From positions 2,244-64,645 of the forward strand of contig CAYMRP010000002.1 in assembly GCA_964392925.1 (NCBI GenBank): a DNA stretch of 62,402 bases, given 5' to 3'. The stretch comes from an uncultured Gammaproteobacteria bacterium. GTDB lineage: Bacteria; Patescibacteriota; Microgenomatia; Daviesbacterales; UBA10151. The translations under genes were made by a program, and so were the position numbers. Under the pieces are notes generated by a model, which did not search any database, was not told the origin of the DNA, and saw only the letters and a list, made by a program, of their open reading frames with translations. Below are positions 1 to 8,527 of the stretch, in pieces. Each line of letters opens with the position of its first letter. The first letter of the stretch is position 1.

Positions 1-2
1 TA

Positions 3-632
3 CTAACTTTTATAACTTTTCCCTATGCCGCGATAATCCTTTTTCATTCATATCAATTATTTAAAGGTGAATCATTCGGCTGGTTAAGGTTCTTTATTTA
101 CGGAATCCCAATGGGAACTCTTTTGGCTTTTTATCTGGCCAGAAGACACACTATATTCGCATTGCTCGCAATTTCACTTATGGCAATCGGTATTTATACG
201 ACCTGGTTCGCCATGACCAATCCCCAAATCGGCCGAGAAGAACATTCCTTCACAGAGAAATTAGTCGATCCGGCAGCCAGTGTTGATTTCTCCAGATCCT
301 ATTTAGATCAAAAAGCTGTTGCCCTTTACATGGACACACTTCCGGGGTATGTTCTTCTTGATACAGATAAAGGCTTTGCAATCCCATTATTCTCTAAAAA
401 TCCTAACCGCTATATTATTACTTCAGATATTGATTATTTAAAAATAGTCAAAAATTATCCATCATACATCGACTGGATAATTCTCCCCCAACCTGTTTCC
501 GACGATCGCGGTCAAAATAAAATCTATGAATTTTATCCTGATATTTGGCAAGGCAATGCCCCAGGATTAACAATCCACAAACAAATAGAGGGCTGGAGAA
601 TTTTCAGTGTTCAAAGAATACCCCCATCTTAA
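3..632 (+). CDS. Membrane protein, 5'-truncated by the window edge (family not recognised)
   Basis: The frame of track ORF 111..632 stays open back to nt 3. The N-terminal part is hydrophobic and is followed by a soluble C-terminal part. No motif recognised. Confidence 0.5.
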   Translation, partial: LTFITFPYAAIILFHSYQLFKGESFGWLRFFIYGIPMGTLLAFYLARRHTIFALLAISLMAIGIYTTWFAMTNPQIGREEHSFTEKLVDPAASVDFSRSYLDQKAVALYMDTLPGYVLLDTDKGFAIPLFSKNPNRYIITSDIDYLKIVKNYPSYIDWIILPQPVSDDRGQNKIYEFYPDIWQGNAPGLTIHKQIEGWRIFSVQRIPPS

Positions 633-796
633 TTATGATTATCTGTAAGGAAATCCCAAATATTCAACAGTAACTTCCTTGATAGAAGCTACCAGTCTTA
701 CAAAGATACTCATCAATATTAATAGAAAAGCAAGAGTTGTGTAAGAACTGGCCATTTTCCCTTGTATCATTAGCCTCGAGTGCTATAATTTTCAGG

Positions 797-1468
797 ATGA
801 CAAACACAGTTTTAGTTGTTGAAGATGATCCGGGTTTACAAAAATATCTCAAAGAACTTCTTTGGGAAAATTCATTTGTTGTCCATATCGCCCCTGACGG
901 TGTTCAGGGATTAAATGCTTTAAGTAAATTAAAACCAGACATTATGCTTTTGGATTTAGGACTTCCTAATATGACCGGTGAATCAGTTTGTGTTGAAGCC
1001 AAGAAAAAATATCCTGAATTACCAATTATTATTCTAACCGCCAAAGATACAACCAGCGATATTGTTGAGGGATTAAATTTAGGTGCTGATGATTATATGA
1101 CCAAACCTTTCGTTGCCGATGAACTCTTAGCCCGCATTAAGGCCCGCTTAAGAGGCAACGAAGATAATTCTGGTAAACTGGCAGTTGGTGATCTGGAACT
1201 TGATAATAAATCATTCGAAGTCACCAGAGCCGGTAAATCAATTCACCTGACCCCTCAGGAATTTAAATTACTGGAATATTTAATGAACAATAAAGGCCGA
1301 ATTTTAACCCGCGAAATGATTTTAAACAGAGTCTGGTTATATTCCCCTGATATTGAAACAAGAGTTGTCGATGTTTACATGGGTTACTTAAGAAAGAAAA
1401 TCGACGACGATCACAAAGAAAAACTCCTCAAATCCGTCAGAGGATTTGGATACATGATCAAGGATTAA
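797..1468 (+). CDS. OmpR/PhoB-family response regulator
   Basis: Receiver domain (VLVVEDDPGL, DIMLLDLGLP, ILTAKD) plus a C-terminal winged helix (LTPQEFKLLEYL, GFGYMIK). ATG at 797 is preferred over the track start at 737. Confidence 0.9.
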   Translation: MTNTVLVVEDDPGLQKYLKELLWENSFVVHIAPDGVQGLNALSKLKPDIMLLDLGLPNMTGESVCVEAKKKYPELPIIILTAKDTTSDIVEGLNLGADDYMTKPFVADELLARIKARLRGNEDNSGKLAVGDLELDNKSFEVTRAGKSIHLTPQEFKLLEYLMNNKGRILTREMILNRVWLYSPDIETRVVDVYMGYLRKKIDDDHKEKLLKSVRGFGYMIKD

Positions 1469-1471
1469 TTC

Positions 1472-2614
1472 TTAAGCTGCTTTCGGATTCCAACTAACAA
1501 ACTCTGTCGTATCCATAGCAAACTCTCTTACTAAATGCAGATTATAAGGAAGATCAGTTTTTGTCGGATTATCCACAACTACTCCATGACCCTTTGCAAA
1601 GCCTCTTTCTAAAAGACGCATACTATAAAATTCACGCAAAACTACTATGTTCCTAAATCGTAAATTGTCTTCATCTCTCAAATCAGAATAATTATAATTT
1701 CTAACCCCTTTAACATTAATAATATAGTCTCTAACCTCTGGAACCATCAAAATATCATTCATCCTATGAAAGGCTCTTTCTCTACTCGCATCATTACCCA
1801 TATAATCAAGCGCATCAGTACCGGTTAGTGTCGGCTTATCCACAACCATCTGACCATTTTGTTGGTATAAGCTTCCAAGCTCTACATCCGAACGCTCGTT
1901 ATGCTCCCTTTGTTTAGAGGCATTACTTTGAGCCTCAGAATTAGTAGTGATGTAAACTGCAAATTGATTCCTTCTATTAGCCAAAAATGGTCTCCTAGCT
2001 GCAAAGCCTGTTAAATCTTCAAAGACTAACATCGTTGCAATTTTTTTATCTGGAAATTTCTCTCGGTTCATTTCTTGAATTCTTGTTGTTGAAGCAGCAA
2101 CAGCTACAACCCCCTCTACTCTATTTCTTAGCCTTAATAGATGATCAGCAGTCCAATTAGGAGCAGTTTTATCCACTAGCTGATTACCATCTTTATCATA
2201 TTCTTTTTGCATATTTTGACCCGCTATCGTCATAGCTGCATATTGTGCTTCAGGAATATGATCAGTCTGCGCCATAAAATCGGCTACAAAAACTGGATCA
2301 AAATTAACTCGGGCTAAAAGACGCGAAGCTCTTGTAGTTTTTCCTACACCACCCCCCTCACCATTAAATTCCTGAACAGTCGTAATAGAAGGATGAGCTG
2401 TCATATGAGCTAAAGATTTATTAATAACTCTTCTTGTTAATGGATCATCTAAAAGGCCTAAAGGCTGTTCTCTATAAAACCTCAGCATATCCTCTGTCAC
2501 ACCATGCAATCCCGCCCTTTGCTCTATTATTGCCTGTGCTTGAGTATTCAGAGTGGGAACGAGAATTTGCGCGAATTCAGCACTTCTATTATTTGGATGT
2601 CGGTCTATACTCAT
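1472..2614 (-). CDS. P-loop NTPase of unrecognised family (380 aa)
   Basis: Walker A GEGGGVGKTT about 85 aa from the N-terminus, Walker-B-like MLVFED, then AVYITTN. The start overlaps the kinase stop (ATGA). Long ORF in an AT-rich genome. Confidence 0.6.
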   Translation of the reverse strand: MSIDRHPNNRSAEFAQILVPTLNTQAQAIIEQRAGLHGVTEDMLRFYREQPLGLLDDPLTRRVINKSLAHMTAHPSITTVQEFNGEGGGVGKTTRASRLLARVNFDPVFVADFMAQTDHIPEAQYAAMTIAGQNMQKEYDKDGNQLVDKTAPNWTADHLLRLRNRVEGVVAVAASTTRIQEMNREKFPDKKIATMLVFEDLTGFAARRPFLANRRNQFAVYITTNSEAQSNASKQREHNERSDVELGSLYQQNGQMVVDKPTLTGTDALDYMGNDASRERAFHRMNDILMVPEVRDYIINVKGVRNYNYSDLRDEDNLRFRNIVVLREFYSMRLLERGFAKGHGVVVDNPTKTDLPYNLHLVREFAMDTTEFVSWNPKAA

Positions 2615-3765
2615 ATATTCACTCTAGGTAGCCTTATTTCTACCGTTGTTCCCTTCTTTTCTTTTGAACGTACGATTATATCACCATGATGCTTATCTAT
2701 AATACTTTTTGCCAAAAATAACCCCAATCCTAAACCTTCTCTAGTGTGATTCTTGCCCTGAACATATCCTTTAAAAATTTCCGGTAAATCTTTTGAAGGA
2801 ATTCCAATTCCTTTATCTTTAACAATAATTCTTAATTGATTATTTCTTTTGCAAACTGTTAATTTAATTTCCTTCTCATCGGGTGTGTATTTGGCAGCAT
2901 TCTCCAAAACATTATTCATAACCTGCAGCAATTTATCAAAGTCCCCAATTACAACATCATCATCCCCAAGTCTGTTATCTAAAACAATTTTCTTCTTAGG
3001 ATAACCAAACTCAATTGTTTTAACTGATCTGTCGACAATTTCATTTATATTGGATTCTTTATAAGTGTATTGAAGTGTTCCGGCTTTTATCCTGTTAATT
3101 TCAAGAAGTTCTTTAACAAGAAGCGTTAATCTCTGAACTTCATTAAACATTTCATTCATCCAGACTTTCGTAATTCCGTCTTCAGCCTTCATCTTTAATT
3201 GTAAAAGCTGTGCATATCCACTGATCGTTGTTAAAGGAGTTCTAAGTTCATGAGCTGCCATCGAAATAAACATATCCCGAACATCCAAAGCTTTTTTTAC
3301 TTCATCATAAAGCTGAGTTCTCCTGATCGCCTGTGATGCAAGAGATCCAAAAAGTTTCAAAATATCCAATTCCCTTTCAGTAAACTTCTTATCTTTATAT
3401 GATTGAACAACCAACACTCCTAAAGTCTCTTTCTTATAAGACAGCGGAATAAATAAAATAGATTTTATACCTCTTTTACTAAGATCCTGATGAACTGTTG
3501 GGTACTTTGACATATCAACCAAAAACGCTTTCCGTTTTGTATAAGACTCATATGCAAATCCTTTTTTACGCACTTGTACATGCTTTGCAATCTCCGGAAA
3601 CCCGTAAGCCAATTTAAACTGGCCCTCTTCCCGCAGCAAAATCCTCCCTTCATCCCCCTTCACCAAATTAACCGCTTCATAAGCAATCGCCTCATAAAGA
3701 GTCGGTGTATCCAAAGGATCAAGTAACTTGAGCCCTGCTTTATAAATTTTTTCTAAAATATCCAT
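2611..3765 (-). CDS. Soluble GAF-domain sensor histidine kinase
   Basis: GAF-like N-terminal half, H-box SMAAHELRTPLTTI, N box NVLENAAKYTP, G boxes DKGIGIP and GLGLGLFLAKSI. No TM segment. Confidence 0.9.
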   Translation of the reverse strand: MDILEKIYKAGLKLLDPLDTPTLYEAIAYEAVNLVKGDEGRILLREEGQFKLAYGFPEIAKHVQVRKKGFAYESYTKRKAFLVDMSKYPTVHQDLSKRGIKSILFIPLSYKKETLGVLVVQSYKDKKFTERELDILKLFGSLASQAIRRTQLYDEVKKALDVRDMFISMAAHELRTPLTTISGYAQLLQLKMKAEDGITKVWMNEMFNEVQRLTLLVKELLEINRIKAGTLQYTYKESNINEIVDRSVKTIEFGYPKKKIVLDNRLGDDDVVIGDFDKLLQVMNNVLENAAKYTPDEKEIKLTVCKRNNQLRIIVKDKGIGIPSKDLPEIFKGYVQGKNHTREGLGLGLFLAKSIIDKHHGDIIVRSKEKKGTTVEIRLPRVNI

Positions 3766-3766
3766 A

Positions 3767-4522
3767 TTAGTGTGGCAAAACCTCCGTTAATCTTTGTCCC
3801 CAAGTCATTCGACCAGTATTCACTCTGATATGTGATGGGATTACAGATACATAATCATCTAAATTACGCGGCGCAGGATGAACCATAGCTACCAGGTCAC
3901 TTGATCCGGATAATGTTAATCCTGTGTTAACACAATCTTCTAAGTTGGCAACCAACGCTCCTCTTGGCTTATTGCTTTGCATCCAAAAATTCATAGCCAT
4001 TTTAACCTCAACTCCTGTATCAGCTCTACTTCTTCTTAAAACCATCGCTGTTAATAAGTCAGCATTCTGGCCTAACTGAACCAATATTCCGTTATGCGCG
4101 TTGTAGTCTATACCTGAACCAACATATAAATCATATTTATCTTTAAGCATTCTAAGATCCTCGGTGACTGTCTCATTAACCTTCATTCCTCTAAGATGAG
4201 CAAAATCATCAGGATTAACATCTCTTAAATCAGCCCTTTGAATATCATCTCTACCCAAAACCCTCCAGTAATCTTGATTTCTTGATCTTTTAATAGCTTC
4301 ACTGACAGAAGCCGCTGGCCTTCTCCAATCAGAAAAAACCTCATGTATATACTCATCTAAAGATACTGCACGCTTATATGCTAAGTTCATTGCTTTATCT
4401 ATAAACCACTCTGGCGGAAGATCTTTTACCGGTGTGGCCGGGGCAACAACTCCTTCCTGCTCCTTAAGCCAACTTCCACTCATATCCACCGAAATTATTC
4501 CCTTACCTATTTCTGCACCCAT
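3767..4522 (-). CDS. Hypothetical protein (251 aa, no recognisable family)
   Basis: Long ORF. Its stop lies 1 nt from the kinase start codon. Lysine-poor compared with neighbouring genes. Confidence 0.6.
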   Translation of the reverse strand: MGAEIGKGIISVDMSGSWLKEQEGVVAPATPVKDLPPEWFIDKAMNLAYKRAVSLDEYIHEVFSDWRRPAASVSEAIKRSRNQDYWRVLGRDDIQRADLRDVNPDDFAHLRGMKVNETVTEDLRMLKDKYDLYVGSGIDYNAHNGILVQLGQNADLLTAMVLRRSRADTGVEVKMAMNFWMQSNKPRGALVANLEDCVNTGLTLSGSSDLVAMVHPAPRNLDDYVSVIPSHIRVNTGRMTWGQRLTEVLPH

Positions 4523-4613
4523 ATATTATTTATAGGATCTAATTCTTACTCAAAAAGCAAAAAATATCAACACTTCTTACTATCAATTAGCCTCAATTCT
4601 TACAAAAATATTA

Positions 4614-4679
4614 CTTTTGTCTAACAAAAGAGTTCCTTTTGTCTAACAAAAGAGTTCCTTTTGTCTAACAAAAGAAACG
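4614..4679. repeat. Three tandem 22-bp units, each with the palindrome CTTTTGT-CTA-ACAAAAG (operator-like)
   Basis: CTTTTGTCTAACAAAAGAGTTC occurs twice exactly, followed by a third unit that diverges only in its last 4 nt. The array lies about 90 nt upstream of the 4522 start codon. Confidence 0.9.
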
Positions 4680-4706
4680 TTCATGCATCGCAGGGTTGTT
4701 CCTTTT

Positions 4707-4739
4707 AATACTAAATATCCAGGAGTTGCCCCCTGGATA
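4707..4739 (-). terminator. Putative intrinsic terminator after the GlsB-like gene
   Basis: 8-bp stem TATCCAGG/CCTGGATA. On the minus strand it is followed by TTTAGTATT. Confidence 0.5.
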
Positions 4740-4775
4740 CTAGCGACTTGCTTAGTCTATTAATTTAAATAATAT

Positions 4776-5033
4776 CTAAACTCTTCTGTGAAGAAACATT
4801 CTTCCCAGATAAATCAAAATAACAGCACCAATTATAGCAACCATTAGGCTGTATAGATTGAAGCCTGTTGCTCCTGATGCACCAAAGAAATTAAAAATCA
4901 TTCCTCCAACAAATGCTCCAATAATCCCTAGAATAATATCTCCTAGGAGTCCCTGACTTGCATCAGTTTTCATAATGATAGAAGCAATCCATCCTGCGAC
5001 TGCACCAAGTACAATCCATAATAGAAAATCCAT
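4776..5033 (-). CDS. GlsB/YeaQ/YmgE-family stress-response membrane protein
   Basis: 85 aa with the typical LGAVAGWIA...GLLGDIILGIIGAFVGG pattern. Confidence 0.85.
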   Translation of the reverse strand: MDFLLWIVLGAVAGWIASIIMKTDASQGLLGDIILGIIGAFVGGMIFNFFGASGATGFNLYSLMVAIIGAVILIYLGRMFLHRRV

Positions 5034-5183
5034 TTAAACCTCACCTCACTTTCTTAATCATCATACTCATCTATTATTAGCGTGTAGTTAAAGTCATGTA
5101 AGAAATCTGCAAGATAGGTTTATCTGGCAATCTACATACTGCTGTGCTTGCATTGTAAAAATCCCGTAAGTATACTGTAAAAA

Positions 5184-5690
5184 ATGATCAAAAAACTGTC
5201 TTATAAATCTTCTCTTTTTGATTTAAAAATTCGCCAGGCAAGCAAAGCCGCCGTAATTGATATGACAGTTCACGGACCAACAATAAACACTTATGACATT
5301 CCCCACACTTTAAATTTCCTCCAAGAATACTACCCAAGAGTTTTAAACACTCAATGCTTTAATGAGAAAAATCTTCCTTTTGCAGTTGAAGTAAGGCAAA
5401 CAGAAATCGGCCATTTATTTGAACATATTCTAATAGATAACTTGTGCGCTTTAAAAATTAAAAACGGCGCCAAATCTGCAGTTTTTAACGGGATAACATC
5501 CTGGAACTGGCAGAAGAATCCATACGGCACATTTCAAATATGGATTGACACTGGAAATAAAGATCTTGAATTATTGATAAAGGGATTAAAAATCACAATC
5601 GACTTAACTAAAAAATTAATGGCTAAAGAATCGGCAAATAAAATCCTGCGGGCAACCCTACTTCTGAATCACCCGCAGAAAATTATCTAA
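5184..5690 (+). CDS. Hypothetical protein (168 aa)
   Basis: ORF with host-like composition. Contains HLFEH but is otherwise unrecognised. Confidence 0.5.
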   Translation: MIKKLSYKSSLFDLKIRQASKAAVIDMTVHGPTINTYDIPHTLNFLQEYYPRVLNTQCFNEKNLPFAVEVRQTEIGHLFEHILIDNLCALKIKNGAKSAVFNGITSWNWQKNPYGTFQIWIDTGNKDLELLIKGLKITIDLTKKLMAKESANKILRATLLLNHPQKII

Positions 5691-5737
5691 ATTTTGGGAA
5701 TAAAATTTTCCTGCATGGAAATTATCCCTGAAAACAG

Positions 5738-6034
5738 CTATTCATTATCGCTGGAAGAACTTCTGCTTTGCCCTCCTCTTCTTCCTGCTTCAGCCGCTTC
5801 TTTGCTATTCCATTCATGCGCAGTTCCCTGTGCATGAGCTGCTTTTCCACCCTTAGAAGCAATCTCTCTTTGCTTCTCTTTTGTCATGGAAGCAAAACCC
5901 TGCTGACCGCGTCCTGAAGAAGTAGTTTCCTCGGCATCATCAAGATTAACAATCATAGCCGCATCATCATCGCTTCCCACAAACGGATCATTCTGGAAGC
6001 CCTGCTGTTTGCTGCTCGTTTTATTATTTGCCAT
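5738..6034 (-). CDS. KGG-repeat general stress protein (GsiB-like)
   Basis: Motifs ASKGGKAAH and EAGRRGGQS, in a hydrophilic low-complexity protein. ATG at 6034 is preceded by GGGGGTGAGG. The track start at 6043 is a GTG. Confidence 0.75.
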   Translation of the reverse strand: MANNKTSSKQQGFQNDPFVGSDDDAAMIVNLDDAEETTSSGRGQQGFASMTKEKQREIASKGGKAAHAQGTAHEWNSKEAAEAGRRGGQSRSSSSDNE

Positions 6035-6125
6035 TATCCTCACCCCCTTTCATTTATGAACATCAATTTTAAAATCTGACCGACAATAACACAGCAAAAA
6101 CTAGTAAGATTCTCGGAAGAAATTT

Positions 6126-6296
6126 TTACCTGCCTTTAGTGTGTTTCTCTTCTCCGTGTTGCTTCATCACTGTTCTGGCTGCCACCTCCTCAGCTCTATT
6201 GCCATACTTACCTGACTTTTTAGCTGATTCTTTAATATGTTCGTACTGGCGTTGCTCTTTATCAGACACGCCTCTTAAATGTTTACCTTTGGGAAT
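6126..6296 (-). CDS. Possible small basic protein (56 codons) with no ATG/GTG/TTG start
   Basis: AAAGGAGG lies 9 nt upstream of an ATT codon that opens a 171-nt frame (IPKGKHLRGVSDKEQRQYEHIKESAKKSGKYGNRAEEVAARTVMKQHGEEKHTKGR). Not in the ORF track. Confidence 0.3.
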   Translation of the reverse strand: MPKGKHLRGVSDKEQRQYEHIKESAKKSGKYGNRAEEVAARTVMKQHGEEKHTKGR

Positions 6297-6343
6297 AGTT
6301 GTGAACCTCCTTTAAAAATATTTGAAAATACCTTCCGCCGGAA

Positions 6344-6898
6344 CTAAAACTCCCGGGAAGCATTCATTCCTTGAATAGTTCTAATTTGATCAGCATCATA
6401 ATCTTTAAAAACATTCCTTACTTCAGTCTCTCCTGTTTCAGTATTTGTCGGGACTGCCAACAGCACTGCTCCTTCTCTAACTCTTTGCTCATAAACTCTT
6501 GCTACTTCTTCAGGAACTCCAAGTCCAATCAAACCCCCAACTAACCCTCCAGCCAGCGCACCGGTGGTAGCTCCAGATATTGTCATTGCGGCCGCACCCG
6601 TTAGTCCAAGCACTGCTGCAATAGGACCTCCAACAAGAAACGCCCCAACTCCTGGAATTGCCAAAGCCCCAATACCTATTAATAGTCCTGTTAACCCTCC
6701 AAGCACACCTCCAGTTGCAGCCCCGGAAACAGCTCCCTCTGCAACACTTCCACCTTTTGTACCAGCCTGTTTTGTAACTTCAACCCCTTCTTTAACTACA
6801 ACTGAAACATCTTTCGGATTAAAACCCATTTCATTTAACTCATCAATTGCAGCCTCTGCATCAAACCGGTCTTGAAAAACACCAATTACTGTATTCAT
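6344..6898 (-). CDS. General stress protein 17M/YflT-like domain protein with a glycine-zipper segment
   Basis: N-terminus VIGVFQDRFDAEAAIDELNEMGF, a central Gly/Ala-rich zipper, and GGAGG 7 nt upstream of the ATG. Confidence 0.7.
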   Translation of the reverse strand: MNTVIGVFQDRFDAEAAIDELNEMGFNPKDVSVVVKEGVEVTKQAGTKGGSVAEGAVSGAATGGVLGGLTGLLIGIGALAIPGVGAFLVGGPIAAVLGLTGAAAMTISGATTGALAGGLVGGLIGLGVPEEVARVYEQRVREGAVLLAVPTNTETGETEVRNVFKDYDADQIRTIQGMNASREF

Positions 6899-7107
6899 TT
6901 ACTTACCTCCATTTTATTCTTAAGTAGCTTCTTGATGATTTCAGAAATTTCGCCTTTATCTGTTTTGTCCTCATCCTGCTTCTTCATGATATTAAATGAA
7001 TAATTAAGTCCAAAAGCTAAATCAACCATCATATACTGGCTATACTACTGAACAGTATTTAAAATTAAACTTAAATTGAGTAAGAATCCGGAAAGAATAT
7101 TGCCGAG

Positions 7108-7584
7108 CTATTCTGGAAAGGAGTAAAGACTCTCAACTTGATATCCAAAAGTTTTCCATTTATTAAATCCGCCTTCCATATTAAAAACTCGCTCATACCC
7201 CATACTAATCAAAAGCCTTGTAGCTGCACCACTTCCATAACCTGTATTGTCATATAAATAAATTAATGTATTCTTTTTAGGAAATTTTTCACCGATCTCT
7301 TTATAAAGATCCTGCTCCGGAATATTTGTAGCGCCTGGAATATGGCTCTCGTCATATTCATCTTCATTCCTCACATCAATTACTAAACCACTTTTTAAAG
7401 CTAGTCCCTCTCTGATAACCTCAGGCCCGACTGAAGGAGTTAAAGCTGTTAGAAATTGATGAAATTTTGACTCATCATCAGCAGGGTTACTAGCATCACG
7501 AATCGAATACTCTTTAAACACAATCGGCCCTAGAAAAATTAATCCGGCTATCAATATAAAAAGAAGCACGCCAAACTTTATCAT
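7108..7584 (-). CDS. Membrane-anchored rhodanese-domain sulfurtransferase
   Basis: N-terminal TM helix. Rhodanese pattern VIDVRNEDEYDESHIPGATNIP, and a loop YDNTGYGS in place of the catalytic Cys. Confidence 0.8.
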   Translation of the reverse strand: MIKFGVLLFILIAGLIFLGPIVFKEYSIRDASNPADDESKFHQFLTALTPSVGPEVIREGLALKSGLVIDVRNEDEYDESHIPGATNIPEQDLYKEIGEKFPKKNTLIYLYDNTGYGSGAATRLLISMGYERVFNMEGGFNKWKTFGYQVESLYSFPE

Positions 7585-7669
7585 CAGTAATTAACTCTAT
7601 CAGATTTCTAACCTAATTTTAATGCTGAGCTTACATTACCGGTTTAATATGTATTAAGAAAAGAAAACT

Positions 7670-7813
7670 ATGACAATGACAATTGCATCACTCAGCCCGG
7701 TAATGTCTCTACTTTTTGGAATTTTAATTCTAATATTTCCGAAGTTTTTAAATTATTTTATAGCACTCTATTTAATTATTGTCGGGTTTATCGGATTATT
7801 TGGAACTCCTTAA
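7670..7813 (+). CDS. DUF3096-like small membrane protein (47 aa)
   Basis: MTMTIASLSPVMSLLFGILILIFPKFLNYFIALYLIIVGFIGLFGTP. Too short for the ORF track. Confidence 0.5.
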   Translation: MTMTIASLSPVMSLLFGILILIFPKFLNYFIALYLIIVGFIGLFGTP

Positions 7814-8424
7814 TATCCTAACAACTCTTTAACAAAGATCAGAGTAATTCTATCTTTAACATTCTCTTTATTTATTATCAGCATTTTACTAACAAATGAT
7901 CCATCAACGCCGTAAGCTTTTATAGCTCTCTCTGACTCAAGTGGCAAAACATGATCATAAACTCTCTTAACTCCTTCATCCAAATTTTTAACAATCTTCT
8001 GTGTTCCAACAATCCATACTATATGAGCTGCTCCGTATGCATAACCTGGCAATTGGCTTCCGGAGTTTGATCCAATAACTACTTTTCCATCTTCAGTCAC
8101 AGCATGTACTGACCCAACAGCCCACTCTGGTGCAGAACCCATTTTCTGCATTTCAAGACTGTCAGTATTGCGATCCATTTTCATCAACTTATTCTTAACA
8201 GCATCATATTTCCCTGAATTAAGAATCTCATCAGTCAGTCCGATTGAATCAGCAGTCACAGAAGTCATATTCATAACTTCAGCACCCTCAGGGATTATCT
8301 CCAAAGCTTTCTTTTTCGCTTCCTCACCATTTTCTACAACAATTGCATTGATACCATTAAGCCCCAAAGCTTTAATTGTTTTATCCACTATTTCATTTTC
8401 TGCTAACTTCTTCCATTTATTCAT
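7810..8424 (-). CDS. LUD-domain (YkgG/LutC-like) protein
   Basis: 204 aa. Overall pattern resembles lactate-utilisation LUD-domain proteins (recognised by eye only). Confidence 0.7.
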   Translation of the reverse strand: MNKWKKLAENEIVDKTIKALGLNGINAIVVENGEEAKKKALEIIPEGAEVMNMTSVTADSIGLTDEILNSGKYDAVKNKLMKMDRNTDSLEMQKMGSAPEWAVGSVHAVTEDGKVVIGSNSGSQLPGYAYGAAHIVWIVGTQKIVKNLDEGVKRVYDHVLPLESERAIKAYGVDGSFVSKMLIINKENVKDRITLIFVKELLGY

Positions 8425-8527
8425 ATTGCTATCATAAGGGAAGTACTTAAATATTAAAAGTAATTACTATTAATAAAGTAGTATATAAATATGAAGCTCT
8501 TAGAGATAAAGACTAACGAAGAAACTG

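Noticed and set aside
4614-4679. Possible CRISPR array
   Set aside because: There are only three directly abutting 22-bp units with no spacers, and no cas genes in the window. It is a tandem repeat or operator, not a CRISPR array.
5184-5690. HLFEH (HxxEH) motif as evidence for an M16 peptidase
   Set aside because: The protein has only 168 aa, and the rest of the M16 fold and its downstream Glu motifs are absent. A pentapeptide match is likely fortuitous.
6564-6875. Antisense or shadow ORFs listed in the track, including 664..852, 2434..2689, 6564..6875, 8168..8437, 17434..17769, 20810..21109, 26586..26936, 36040..36318, 47982..48275 and 53307..53792
   Set aside because: Each lies entirely inside, and antisense or out of frame to, a longer ORF with clear family motifs. 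Their Ser/Pro/Leu/Ile-rich composition is typical of shadow frames.
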